NCBI GenBank assembly: GCA_028823175.1
Contig: JAPKBZ010000007.1
Location: 8,496-72,495, forward strand
Reading direction: 5' to 3'
Source: Myxococcota bacterium
GTDB taxonomy: Bacteria > Myxococcota_A > UBA9160 > UBA4427
DNA length: 64,000 bases
Shown one piece after another: positions 51,773 to 60,995 of the stretch. The notes beneath the pieces are model-generated. The model was not told the origin of the DNA, made no database searches, and saw nothing but the letters and a program-made list of their open reading frames with translations. The first letter of the stretch is position 1; each line of letters begins with the position of its first letter. The position numbers were made by a program, and so were the translations under genes.

Positions 51773-52579
51773 TCAGCCCATCGAACGCGGTGACTCGAGC
51801 CTTTGCTTGACGCCGAGCAGGGTGATGGCGGCGTAGAGCCCGTCGGCGATGCGCTCGTCGTAGCTGTATTTCACCTCGATCACCCGGGCGCCGTCGCTCC
51901 GCCGGTGCACCTGGCCCACAACTGCGAAGATCGAGCAAGTGCCGTATTCCCAGAGGTGGTGGTAGCCCGCGTCGAGCCCCACCGAACCGAGATTGGCTAC
52001 GAAGACCGACGAAAACATGGGGTCGCCCTCGATCATCGAGGCGGGCAGCAGGCCGACGTAGTCGGCCGCCTGGAGCAAGGCCATCAGCCCGCGGAGAACG
52101 AAGCCCGGCAGCCTGATGGCCAGGTTGACCTCCTTGTCCGCCGTAGTCTCCCGCCCCCGGCGCCGAGCGTGAAGTTCCTTGAGGAGCCGGGCGGCCATGG
52201 CGTCGATGTCTTCTTCGGGATCGAAGCGGTGCTTCAGGGTGATGACCGGCGATCCGTCGATAATCTCCTGCTTGGCGCTGTAGGTCAGCCAGACCCCATC
52301 TCGTTGCCACAGTTTTCTGCCCGCGACGAAGCGGTTCACGCCCTCGCGCTCCCGGAGCCCGGCCCCCAGGCTTCGCAAGAAGAGATGGAAGAGGGTGATC
52401 CGGCTCTCGGTGCTGCGGTTGCGGTTGATTTCGTCGAGATAGTCGAGGGCGTCGTCGACCTCGATCTCGGTGGTGTAGTAGACCAGGGAACTGTTCCGTC
52501 GGGGCGAGAGGTAGGGCATGAAACGCCGAGTGGTCGAGATATCTCGAACCTGTTTGCCGTCGGCCCGCTTTCCAAACAT
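51773..52579 (-). CDS. Stand-alone 2-oxoacid dehydrogenase E2/CAT-like acyltransferase catalytic domain (non-canonical active site)
   Basis: The C-terminal SYDERIADGLYAAITLLGVKQRLESP aligns by eye to the E2 motif SxDHRxxDGAxxxxFLxxxKxxLExP, with His replaced by Glu. No lipoyl or PSBD domains. Confidence 0.65.
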   Translation of the reverse strand: MFGKRADGKQVRDISTTRRFMPYLSPRRNSSLVYYTTEIEVDDALDYLDEINRNRSTESRITLFHLFLRSLGAGLREREGVNRFVAGRKLWQRDGVWLTYSAKQEIIDGSPVITLKHRFDPEEDIDAMAARLLKELHARRRGRETTADKEVNLAIRLPGFVLRGLMALLQAADYVGLLPASMIEGDPMFSSVFVANLGSVGLDAGYHHLWEYGTCSIFAVVGQVHRRSDGARVIEVKYSYDERIADGLYAAITLLGVKQRLESPRSMG

Positions 52580-52656
52580 CGCTCGCCTCCCGATATTTCC
52601 CTGGAAGCATCTATGGTGCCAGTTTTTGAGCTGGGCGAAAGCGGCCCCGGCCCCAA

Positions 52657-53358
52657 TCAGAAAACCGAGGCCGGGCGCAGCATTCGCCAGATCGGAATGC
52701 CGCAGAGCGTCTGGCAGGAGAGCACCTCGAAGTCGTGGCGCGCGTAGAAGTCGAGATTCTCACGGCGGTCGGTTTCGAGATAAGCGGGAACTCGGTCTTG
52801 ATCGACCTCTTCGAGCCATGTTTCGAGGAGCGATGAGCCCACCCCGTTTGCCCGTGAGCCGGGAACCACGCCGATCATTTGCAGGTACCAGTGGGGTTCG
52901 AGGAGGTGGAGATCCGCGAGTTCGGTCCAGACCCGGCCCCAGCGGTAACTGGTGCGAAGCCCCTGGCCCAGCCAGAATTCGATCTGGGCCAGGAAGGGGG
53001 GTGGCGGCAGGGGCCAGGCGCCTGGGCCGAGTGCGATCAGGCCACCGAGGTCGGGCCCCGAGAGTTCGCCGGCCTCCCGCCCTGGGACGAGGATCGTCGC
53101 CTGGCCCCGGGTGGCCGCCAGGGTGGCCGCCATTCCGAAGCGGTTCGAGCGAAGCCGCTGGTCGGCCGTCCCGCGGATCACCGCCCGGTTCAGGGGGTTG
53201 TCGCGAAAGGCCAGGGCCAGGGCCAAGGCCAGGCGCTCGGTCTCGTCGGATTCGAGGCGGCGTGCCCGTGGCCGGGTGTGCTCGTCGCCGCCCTGGGCTT
53301 TCGGACCTCGCCGGGGGGGGCGAGAGTCGGGCTCTTGGGCGGATTCACGGATGGCCAT
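52657..53358 (-). CDS. GNAT family N-acetyltransferase
   Basis: Acetyl-CoA-binding region WYLQMIGVVPGSRANGVGSSLLE and YLETDRRENLDFYARHDFE. ATG 53358 is preferred over 53430. Confidence 0.75.
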   Translation of the reverse strand: MAIRESAQEPDSRPPRRGPKAQGGDEHTRPRARRLESDETERLALALALAFRDNPLNRAVIRGTADQRLRSNRFGMAATLAATRGQATILVPGREAGELSGPDLGGLIALGPGAWPLPPPPFLAQIEFWLGQGLRTSYRWGRVWTELADLHLLEPHWYLQMIGVVPGSRANGVGSSLLETWLEEVDQDRVPAYLETDRRENLDFYARHDFEVLSCQTLCGIPIWRMLRPASVF

Positions 53359-53362
53359 GCTT

Positions 53363-54046
53363 TCAGATTTCGCGCAGCCAGTCGAACGTAGGGGCCAAGC
53401 TCGCCTTGGCTCCGCTCTCGACGATCTCACCGTGGCAGAGGGTCAGGCGGTCGAAATCCCACGCGAGAATTTTTTCCACGCCGGCCCGGGCCGCTTGCCT
53501 ATCCCGGTACATCATCTTCATGAGCCGCGAGGACGCGAGTCTTCCCGAGGCTCCGTTGATCCGTGCGAAGAGCCGGAGTAGGAAGGGGCCGGGTTCGATC
53601 AAATTGAAGGCCAGGTCGGCAAGAATCAGGGTTCGAGAACTTTTGTGAAAGAAGGCGATCTCGTTGACTTTGGGGGCTCCGCGCATCCACACCTGGTCGA
53701 TCTCGTTTCTCCAGAGTTCTGGGGCTGTCTCGTCCAGAACCTCTGCATCGGCCAGATCGGGGCGCTTATCCCGGAGGCCCGGAGCGATAAAGACCGCGGC
53801 ATCGGGCCAGGCGTTCGCGTTTTCTTCGATGTAGAGGTGGTGGAAATCGTTGGGGGCCACGATGGCATGAACGGGCCCGATTTCGTCGACACTCTCGATC
53901 AACTCGGCGTCCATGGGACCCGGGGAGTGCATGAAGAGCCCGCCGTCGGCGAGGCGAATCAGGGTTGTGCGAGTTCCCAGGGCGATGCCCATCATCTTGA
54001 AGGGATGGTCGATGACCCAGAGGTTGTCCGTGATCGTGCGAAGCAT
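53363..54046 (-). CDS. DUF4336-like (metallo-beta-lactamase-fold) protein
   Basis: NLWVIDHPFKMMGIALGTRTTLIRL…VHAIVAPNDFHHLY pattern, recalled from the DUF4336 family. Not verified by search. Confidence 0.6.
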   Translation of the reverse strand: MLRTITDNLWVIDHPFKMMGIALGTRTTLIRLADGGLFMHSPGPMDAELIESVDEIGPVHAIVAPNDFHHLYIEENANAWPDAAVFIAPGLRDKRPDLADAEVLDETAPELWRNEIDQVWMRGAPKVNEIAFFHKSSRTLILADLAFNLIEPGPFLLRLFARINGASGRLASSRLMKMMYRDRQAARAGVEKILAWDFDRLTLCHGEIVESGAKASLAPTFDWLREI

Positions 54047-54207
54047 GCGCTCCTTCCGCGTGGGTTCGGGATCTGTTAATCTGCGAATCCGCTTGCGACG
54101 CTTTCGAGTGTAGTCGGTTCGCCCTGCAGTCGATAGCCGCGCTCACGGCTTCTCGCCTTCCCGGCGCCCGCCGCCGAGGTCGGCGACTCGCCCTACGGAG
54201 TTGTCTG

Positions 54208-55416
54208 ATGGATGCCAACGAAGATCTCGCGCGCCGAAGAGCGGCCGTGCACACTCCGAACTACCTCCCCCAGCCCATCGCGATCGTGCGCGGGGAGGGA
54301 TGCCATGTTTTCGATGCCGAGGGCCGACGCTACCTCGACATGATGGGGGGCATCGCGACTGCGGTTCTGGGCCACGGACATCCCGCGGTGCGAAGCGCCC
54401 TGGCCGAGCAGGCCGACAAGCTCTGGCATATTTCGAACCTTTTCGTGAGCGAGCCCCAGGTCGAACTCGCCGAGCGATTGACCTCGCTCTGCTTCGCCGA
54501 TCGTGCTTTTTTTTGCAACTCGGGAGCCGAGGCCAACGAAGCCGCCCTCAAGCTCGCGCGGCGTCATGCCCACGATCGAGGGGAGAAACGCTTCGAGGTC
54601 GTCGCTTTCGACGGGGCCTTCCACGGCCGAACGCTTTTCGCTTTGAGTGCCACCGGGACGCCGGCGTACTGGGAGGGCTTTGGCCCGCTGGTCGAGGGTT
54701 TTCACCATGTGCCCTTTGGCGATCTAGCGGCCGTCCGGGATCGACTCGGCCCGAACACGGCGGCCATCATCGTGGAGCCCACCCAGGGAGAGGGTGGCGT
54801 GCGGCCGGCACCGCCGGGCTTTCTCGAGGGCCTGCGAGAGTTGGCGGACGCCAACGGTTGTTTGCTGATCTTCGACGAAGTGCAGACCGGGATGGGTCGC
54901 ACCGGCCCGCTCTTTGCTCACCAGGGGAGCGGGGTCGAGCCCGATATCATGACCCTGGCCAAGGCTCTGGGAAACGGGATCCCCATCGGCGCGATGCTTT
55001 GCCGGGAGTCGGTGGCGGCTTCGCTGGTGCCGGGTACCCATGCTTCGACTTTCGGCGGCAACCCCCTGGCGGCCGCCTGTGCCTGCGCGGTGCTCGATAC
55101 CCTGGTCGAGGGCGGCGTTCTCGTGCGCGCCCAGGAGGTCGCTGGACACTTGCAGCGAGGCCTCGCCGGCTTGGCGAAGGACCTCGGACCCCGCCGGGTC
55201 GTCGAGATCAGGGGGGCAGGTCACCTGTGGGCCGTGGAACTCACCTTTCCGGCTTCAGGGGTTGTCGATCGCTGCCGCGAGGCCGGCGTCTTGGTGATCA
55301 CGGCCGGGGCGAATAATCTTCGCCTGGCGCCGCCGCTGACCGTCGACGAGGCCCAGGTCGATCAGTGCCTGAGCGTCCTCGAGCGGGCGATCGCCGCCGA
55401 GCCGATGGAGGGCTGA
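54208..55416 (+). CDS. argD: Acetylornithine/class III aminotransferase
   Basis: Motifs FCNSGAEANEAALKLAR, LIFDEVQTGMGRTG and TFGGNPLA. Confidence 0.88.
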   Translation: MDANEDLARRRAAVHTPNYLPQPIAIVRGEGCHVFDAEGRRYLDMMGGIATAVLGHGHPAVRSALAEQADKLWHISNLFVSEPQVELAERLTSLCFADRAFFCNSGAEANEAALKLARRHAHDRGEKRFEVVAFDGAFHGRTLFALSATGTPAYWEGFGPLVEGFHHVPFGDLAAVRDRLGPNTAAIIVEPTQGEGGVRPAPPGFLEGLRELADANGCLLIFDEVQTGMGRTGPLFAHQGSGVEPDIMTLAKALGNGIPIGAMLCRESVAASLVPGTHASTFGGNPLAAACACAVLDTLVEGGVLVRAQEVAGHLQRGLAGLAKDLGPRRVVEIRGAGHLWAVELTFPASGVVDRCREAGVLVITAGANNLRLAPPLTVDEAQVDQCLSVLERAIAAEPMEG

Positions 55417-55432
55417 CCCCCAACCCCGCGCT

Positions 55433-55624
55433 TCAGGGGGAGGGCGGTCCGCCCAGGAGCAGTGTTAGCAGGCCCCCGGCCAGGAGCAGGAGGATGGCCC
55501 AACGCAGCACCGGGCCCGCAGCGGCTCGTTCGGGCGGGTGGCCGTCGGGCGGGCTCGAGGGGCTGGAAGCACCGCTGCCGTGATTCTCGCTGGGATTCGA
55601 AGGACTCTCTGGCTTCGTTTGCAT
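55433..55624 (-). CDS. Small Pro/Ser-rich protein with a C-terminal TM helix (63 aa)
   Basis: GC3-rich frame with a C-terminal WAILLLLAGGLLTLLLGG. No homology recognised. Confidence 0.35.
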   Translation of the reverse strand: MQTKPESPSNPSENHGSGASSPSSPPDGHPPERAAAGPVLRWAILLLLAGGLLTLLLGGPPSP

Positions 55625-55863
55625 ACGTGCCGCCCGGTTCGGTCCCCTGATGCCCCGTCGCCGAAACCTCTTGGCCTCGGCGGCCCGGTCGCTTCTCCGC
55701 GTTCGAGCCCCCCGAGTCTATGCGCTTCGGCCTACTGACTGCAAAAGATTTGCTGCCCATAACCCTTGACCGATCACGGGGATTCGCGGCCCGGGAGGAT
55801 TCAACGCCCGCCGAGACCTTCGTGGCCCGGCCGATGCCCGGCCTCGTGTATGCTCCACCCGCT

Positions 55864-56574
55864 ATGAAGCGAGCCGAAAAAGCCGAGCGGATTCACGAGA
55901 TTCTGAAGCAGTTGTACCCCGATCCGCCGGTTCCCCTGGACCACGATGACCCCTTTACCCTGCTGATCGCCGTGCTCTTGTCCGCCCAGTGCACCGACGA
56001 GCGGGTCAACCGGGTGACCCCGGGCCTCTTTGCCGTGGCGGCCACTCCCGAGGCCATGGCCGAGGTGGAGGTGCCCCGGATCCTCTCCGAAATCCGGAGT
56101 TGCGGCCTGGCGCCGGGCAAGGCCCGAAATATCGCGGCCCTCTCGCGGATCCTGGTGGACCAGCACGGGGGCCGGGTGCCCGAGGATTTAGCCAGCCTCG
56201 AGGCGCTTCCGGGGGTGGGCCATAAGACGGCGAGCGTCGTCGTCTCCCAGGCTTTTGGTCGCCCCGCTTTCCCGGTGGATACCCACATCCATCGCCTTGC
56301 CGGGCGTTGGGGGCTCTCGAAGGCGCGCAGCGTGGAGGAGACCGAGCGCGATCTGAAAGCGCTTTTTCCCGAGTCGATCTGGTCCTGGCTTCATCTGGCG
56401 ATGATCTTTTTTGGTCGCGAATATTGCCCCGCTCGGAGCCATGACTTGTCGACCTGCCCCATCTGTTCCTGGGCGGCGACCCGGCGGCGGATCGCCGAGG
56501 AGGCCCAGGCGGGGGGCGGTGGCCCGCGTTCCCGCAAGGCGGTGGCCAAAAAAGCCCGGGCTCGCCGCCGCTGA
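55864..56574 (+). CDS. nth: Endonuclease III with a short basic C-terminal tail
   Basis: Motifs FTLLIAVLLSAQCTDERVN, HhH LPGVGHKTASVV, VDTHIHR and the C-terminal Cys cluster. Alternative starts lie at 55834 and 55720. Confidence 0.9.
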   Translation: MKRAEKAERIHEILKQLYPDPPVPLDHDDPFTLLIAVLLSAQCTDERVNRVTPGLFAVAATPEAMAEVEVPRILSEIRSCGLAPGKARNIAALSRILVDQHGGRVPEDLASLEALPGVGHKTASVVVSQAFGRPAFPVDTHIHRLAGRWGLSKARSVEETERDLKALFPESIWSWLHLAMIFFGREYCPARSHDLSTCPICSWAATRRRIAEEAQAGGGGPRSRKAVAKKARARRR

Positions 56575-56589
56575 GACCTCGCCCCGGCC

Positions 56590-57501
56590 CTAGGGGGCCC
56601 GGCGAATCAGGACGATGCGGCCGACGAGTTCGGGCGCGATAGGCTCCTCGCCGGGTTGGATTTCGATCCGGCGCCCAACGACTTGGACGAGCTGGACGCC
56701 CGCCGAGGTGCGGACGAAACCCTTCGCACGCAGAAGGCCCGGCTGGGCAAGGTGCGCCTCGATCGCTTCCTCGTTCAGTCCGTCGGGCACCTCCCAGATC
56801 TCGGTCTCAAAGTGCTCGTGGCTGTGGGGCCGGGAGGCGGGTCTCGGTCCGCTTCGGTCTGGGGCCCGGGCCGTGTCCAGGAATTCCGGCGGGAAGAGTA
56901 GGTCGCTGGGTACGTCGGCCTGGGTGGCCAAGAGAATCGGCGCTTCGGGCTCGATCCTCTGAAGGGTTTCGCGAGCGCGAGCGAGGGCCTCATCGCTGAC
57001 TAGATCGACCTTGTTGAGCACGATGAGGTCGGCGCTGGTGACCTGGTCGGAAAAGGTTCCCTCGAGATCCCTCCCCTCGGCCACCTGCTCCGCATTGACC
57101 ACCACCACCGCCATGTCGTCACCCAGCCAGCGGCAGACGGGCTCACGCCAGAAATTGAGCTGGGTATCGAAGGGCAAGGCCACCCCGGAGGTTTCGATGA
57201 CGACGCGGTCGGGCCTGACCTTTTCCCAGAGCTCCTGGAGGGTTTCGATCAGGTCGTCGGAAAGCTCGCAGCAAACACAGCCGCCCTCGATTTCGACATA
57301 GGCGTCCCCCCCCTGGCCCAGGAGCGCCCGGTCGATCCCCAGGGCGCCCAGCTCGTTGGAGACCAGGGCGACCCGGACGCCGTCCCGGATGGCGTCGTCG
57401 AGGATTCGGCGGATCAGGGTGGTCTTGCCCGAGCCCAGGAAGCCGGAGACGACGAGGGCGGGGACCTTCCGATCGGGCTGCTCTTCGTTACGCTCATTCA
57501 T
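56590..57501 (-). CDS. CobW/COG0523 family GTPase metallochaperone
   Basis: P-loop GFLGSGKTT, CxCC motif GGCVCCE, NKVD and a C-terminal His-rich patch RPHSHEHF. Confidence 0.88.
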   Translation of the reverse strand: MNERNEEQPDRKVPALVVSGFLGSGKTTLIRRILDDAIRDGVRVALVSNELGALGIDRALLGQGGDAYVEIEGGCVCCELSDDLIETLQELWEKVRPDRVVIETSGVALPFDTQLNFWREPVCRWLGDDMAVVVVNAEQVAEGRDLEGTFSDQVTSADLIVLNKVDLVSDEALARARETLQRIEPEAPILLATQADVPSDLLFPPEFLDTARAPDRSGPRPASRPHSHEHFETEIWEVPDGLNEEAIEAHLAQPGLLRAKGFVRTSAGVQLVQVVGRRIEIQPGEEPIAPELVGRIVLIRRAP

Positions 57502-57555
57502 TGGGCGTAGGAATAGAGCATTCCGGTCGCCGCGTCATACGAGGAGCGCTGGGCC

Positions 57556-58920
57556 ATGGCCGAATACGATTACGATTTCTTTGTCATTGGGGCGGGTTCG
57601 GGAGGCGTTCGGGCGAGTCGCCTCGCGGCGTCCTTTGGCGCGCGGGTGGCGGTGGCCGAGGAACGGTTCATGGGGGGGACCTGCGTCAATGTCGGCTGCA
57701 TCCCCAAAAAGCTCCTTGTCTACGCCTCGGCTTTTCGTGAGGAGGTTGCCGAGGCTCAGGAGGGCTACGGCTGGACGGTGGGCAATCTCGACTTCGACTG
57801 GCCGCGCCTGATCGAAAACAAGAACAAGGAGATCGCCCGGCTCAATGGTGTCTACCAGAAGTTGCTCGACGGCTCGGGAGTCGAGAGCATCGAGGGCCGA
57901 GCCACGGTGAAAGGCCCTCACGAGGTTGCGATCGGCTCGCGGACGGTGAGTGCGGCCCACATCCTGGTGGCGACGGGTAGCCAGGCCTTTCGCCCGCCGG
58001 AAATCGAGGGCATCGAGCACGCGATTACATCGGATGAGGCCTTCTATCTCGAGAAGTTTCCCCGGCGCGTCATCGTCGTCGGAGGAGGCTATATCGCGGT
58101 GGAATTTGCCGGCATCTTTCACGGCATGGGGGCGGATGTATGCCAACTTTACCGGGGGCCGATGTTCCTGCGCGGTTTTGACGATGACCTGCGCGAGCAC
58201 CTGGCCGGCGAGATGCGGGGGCGAGGGATCGACCTGCGTTTCGACAGCGTTCCCACCCGGATCGAAGAGGTGGCGGGCGGAGTTCGGGCCACCTTGAGCG
58301 ATGGCAGTCGCGTCGAGGGCGACGCCCTGCTTTGCGCCACGGGCCGGCTGCCGAATTCCGGCGGCCTGGGACTCGAAGAGGTCGGCGTTGCGACGAAGCC
58401 CGGGGGTGCCATCGTGGTGGATGAGTACTCGAAAACCTCGGTCCCAAGCATTCACGCCATCGGGGACGTGACGGATCGAATTAATCTCACCCCAGTTGCT
58501 CTGCACGAGGGCATCTGCTTGGCCAACACCCTCTTCAACGATCGCCCGATGGCGCCCTGTCACGAGACTGTGCCCGCGGCGGTCTTCAGCCAGCCTCCCC
58601 TGGGCACCGTGGGCCTCACCGAGACCGAGGCCCGAGAGAAATACGGGGAGGTCGATATCTACCGTTCCACGTTTCGAGCCCTCAAGCAGACTCTGACATC
58701 GTCGGAGACTCGTTGCCTGATGAAGTTGGTGGTCGACCGGGCGAGCGACCGGGTCGTGGGGCTCCACATGGCGGGCCACGAAGCCGGGGAAATCGTCCAG
58801 GGCTTTGCCGTGGCCGTTCGCGCGGGGCTCAGCAAGGCGCAATTTGACCAGACTATCCCGATCCACCCGACCCTCGCCGAGGAGTTCGTCACCCTGCGTG
58901 AACCGGTCGGCGATTCGTGA
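57556..58920 (+). CDS. gor: Glutathione-disulfide reductase
   Basis: Motifs FVIGAGSGGVRA, the redox disulfide GGTCVNVGCIPKK and the C-terminal HPT motif. Confidence 0.9.
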   Translation: MAEYDYDFFVIGAGSGGVRASRLAASFGARVAVAEERFMGGTCVNVGCIPKKLLVYASAFREEVAEAQEGYGWTVGNLDFDWPRLIENKNKEIARLNGVYQKLLDGSGVESIEGRATVKGPHEVAIGSRTVSAAHILVATGSQAFRPPEIEGIEHAITSDEAFYLEKFPRRVIVVGGGYIAVEFAGIFHGMGADVCQLYRGPMFLRGFDDDLREHLAGEMRGRGIDLRFDSVPTRIEEVAGGVRATLSDGSRVEGDALLCATGRLPNSGGLGLEEVGVATKPGGAIVVDEYSKTSVPSIHAIGDVTDRINLTPVALHEGICLANTLFNDRPMAPCHETVPAAVFSQPPLGTVGLTETEAREKYGEVDIYRSTFRALKQTLTSSETRCLMKLVVDRASDRVVGLHMAGHEAGEIVQGFAVAVRAGLSKAQFDQTIPIHPTLAEEFVTLREPVGDS

Positions 58921-58993
58921 GCCGGGTCCGCCTTCGCCCGTTGACCAAGCCCCTGCCCATCGCGGCGGCAGAAAATTTCCCGAACCGACCACA

Positions 58994-59617
58994 ATGAGGT
59001 CAGGAATCGTGCACCGGGAACCCCTCTTGAAAATCCTCCAGCGCTACGAGGCCATCTACCCCGACGAGACGCGCTGCGTGGGCCGGGTGCGCGCTCTGGT
59101 GGAAGGGCATGCAAATTGTTTCGAGCGCGCCTCTCTGCCCGGACACATTACGGCCTCGGCATGGATCCTGTCCTCGGACCGCGAACGGATTCTTTTGACC
59201 CACCACCGCAAGCTGCAGCGCTGGCTACAACTCGGCGGACACGCGGATGGCGACCCGGATACGCTTGGAGTTGCCTTGCGTGAGGCTCGGGAGGAGTCGG
59301 GGATGCGGAAATTTGGAGTCATCTGCTCCTCGGGGAGCAGCCTGGGCCCGCCTCTGCCTCTGGACGTCGATGTCCACCGGATTCCGGCCCGGGGCGACGA
59401 AGCCGAACATGACCATCACGATATTCGTTACCTGCTGGTCGCCGGGGAAGGTCAGCGCCTGGCGATCAGCGACGAGTCGACCGACCTGGACTGGTTCGAG
59501 CCTGCCGCCCTGGGGAGCCTGGGTGCCGACGACAGCCTGCTCCGACTCGAGCGCAAGGCGCGCGACCTCGCGGGTGCCGAGTGCTGCTGGGATCCGCTCG
59601 AGGCCAAACCCGAGTAG
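58994..59617 (+). CDS. NUDIX hydrolase
   Basis: Nudix box GGHADGDPDTLGVALREAREESGM. ATG 58994. The upstream part of the ORF overlaps gor. Confidence 0.8.
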   Translation: MRSGIVHREPLLKILQRYEAIYPDETRCVGRVRALVEGHANCFERASLPGHITASAWILSSDRERILLTHHRKLQRWLQLGGHADGDPDTLGVALREAREESGMRKFGVICSSGSSLGPPLPLDVDVHRIPARGDEAEHDHHDIRYLLVAGEGQRLAISDESTDLDWFEPAALGSLGADDSLLRLERKARDLAGAECCWDPLEAKPE

Positions 59618-59666
59618 ACGATGCCGTGGAAGGGTCGGCCATGGCCGGGGCCGCTATGATCTGGCC

Positions 59667-60971
59667 ATGCCCGATCTCGTACAGGACCTGCTGGCCTTCA
59701 TCGACCGATCCCCGACGCCCTACCACGCCGTGGCGGAGGCCGCGCTTCGCCTGGAAGCGGCGGGTTTCACCCGCCTGGGGGAAGGTGAACTGTGGGATCA
59801 TGGGCCCGGTGCCTGTCGCTATGTCATCCGCAACGACGGGAGCCTGGCGGCCTTTCAGGTCGGCAGCACCTCTCCGGCCCAGGGGGGGTTCCGGATCCTG
59901 GGCGCCCACACGGACTCGCCGAACCTGCGCCTGAAGCCCGAGCCCGATGTGTCCGCCCACGGCTACCGACAACTCGCGGTGGAAACCTATGGGGGCGTGC
60001 TGCTCCATACCTGGCTCGATCGAGACCTTTCCCTCGCGGGCCGTGTGAGCGTGGCCCAGGAGGGCCGTGTGCGAACCGTTCTAATCGATTTCGCCCGGGC
60101 AATGCTTCGGATTCCCAATCTGGCGATCCATCTGGAGCGGGAACTGGGCGAGAAGGGCCTGAAGCTCAATCCCCAGAAGCATGCCGTGCCTGTGCTGGGA
60201 CTCGAGGACACGCCGCCGATTCGGGAGCTACTGGCGACGGAACTCCGCGCCCAGGGGATTTCGGTCTCGGGGCTCGAGAGCGTGCTCTCCTTCGATCTCA
60301 TGCTCTACGACACCCAGTCTTCGGGGGTGATCGGTTCTCGGGGAGAGTTCATCAGCGCACCGCGACTCGACAACCTGGCATCGACGCATGCGATCTTGAC
60401 CGCGCTCCAAAGGAGTTGCCTGGGTCCGGCGGCGGCCTTTACCCGGGTGGCGGTCTTCTACGATCACGAAGAGGTGGGGAGCCGCAGCGCAGCGGGGGCA
60501 GCGGGAACCTTCCTGCCCGATGTCCTGGAGAGGGTCGTTTCGGGTTATAAGGGGGGCGAGCCCCAGGGGTTGGTCCGGGCGTTGGCGCTCTCCCAGATGG
60601 TTTCCGTCGACATGGCACACGCGGTTCACCCCAACTATTCGGAGAAGCACGAACCCGGGCATCACCCGGTCGTCGGCAAGGGGCCGGTCATCAAGGTCAA
60701 CGCCAACCAGGCCTACGCGACCGATGCCGAGACGGCGGGGCATTTCGAGGCTCTCTGCCGCAGCGCAGACGTGGCGACCCAACATTTCGTGAGTCGCAGT
60801 GACCTCGCCTGCGGCTCGACCATCGGCCCGATCAGCGCGGCGCGGGTGGGAATCAGGACCGTGGACGTGGGCAACCCCATGCTGTCCATGCATTCGTGTC
60901 GGGAAATGGCGGGGACCGAGGATGTCGAACCGATGATTGACGTCCTCGGCGCCTACTTGAAGGGCGGTTGA
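59667..60971 (+). CDS. M18 family (aspartyl) aminopeptidase
   Basis: Motifs FIDRSPTPYHAV, GAHTDSPNL, DHEEVGS and MHS.REM. Confidence 0.88.
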   Translation: MPDLVQDLLAFIDRSPTPYHAVAEAALRLEAAGFTRLGEGELWDHGPGACRYVIRNDGSLAAFQVGSTSPAQGGFRILGAHTDSPNLRLKPEPDVSAHGYRQLAVETYGGVLLHTWLDRDLSLAGRVSVAQEGRVRTVLIDFARAMLRIPNLAIHLERELGEKGLKLNPQKHAVPVLGLEDTPPIRELLATELRAQGISVSGLESVLSFDLMLYDTQSSGVIGSRGEFISAPRLDNLASTHAILTALQRSCLGPAAAFTRVAVFYDHEEVGSRSAAGAAGTFLPDVLERVVSGYKGGEPQGLVRALALSQMVSVDMAHAVHPNYSEKHEPGHHPVVGKGPVIKVNANQAYATDAETAGHFEALCRSADVATQHFVSRSDLACGSTIGPISAARVGIRTVDVGNPMLSMHSCREMAGTEDVEPMIDVLGAYLKGG

Positions 60972-60995
60972 GCCCCGGGCTGTGCGGGGCTGGGT

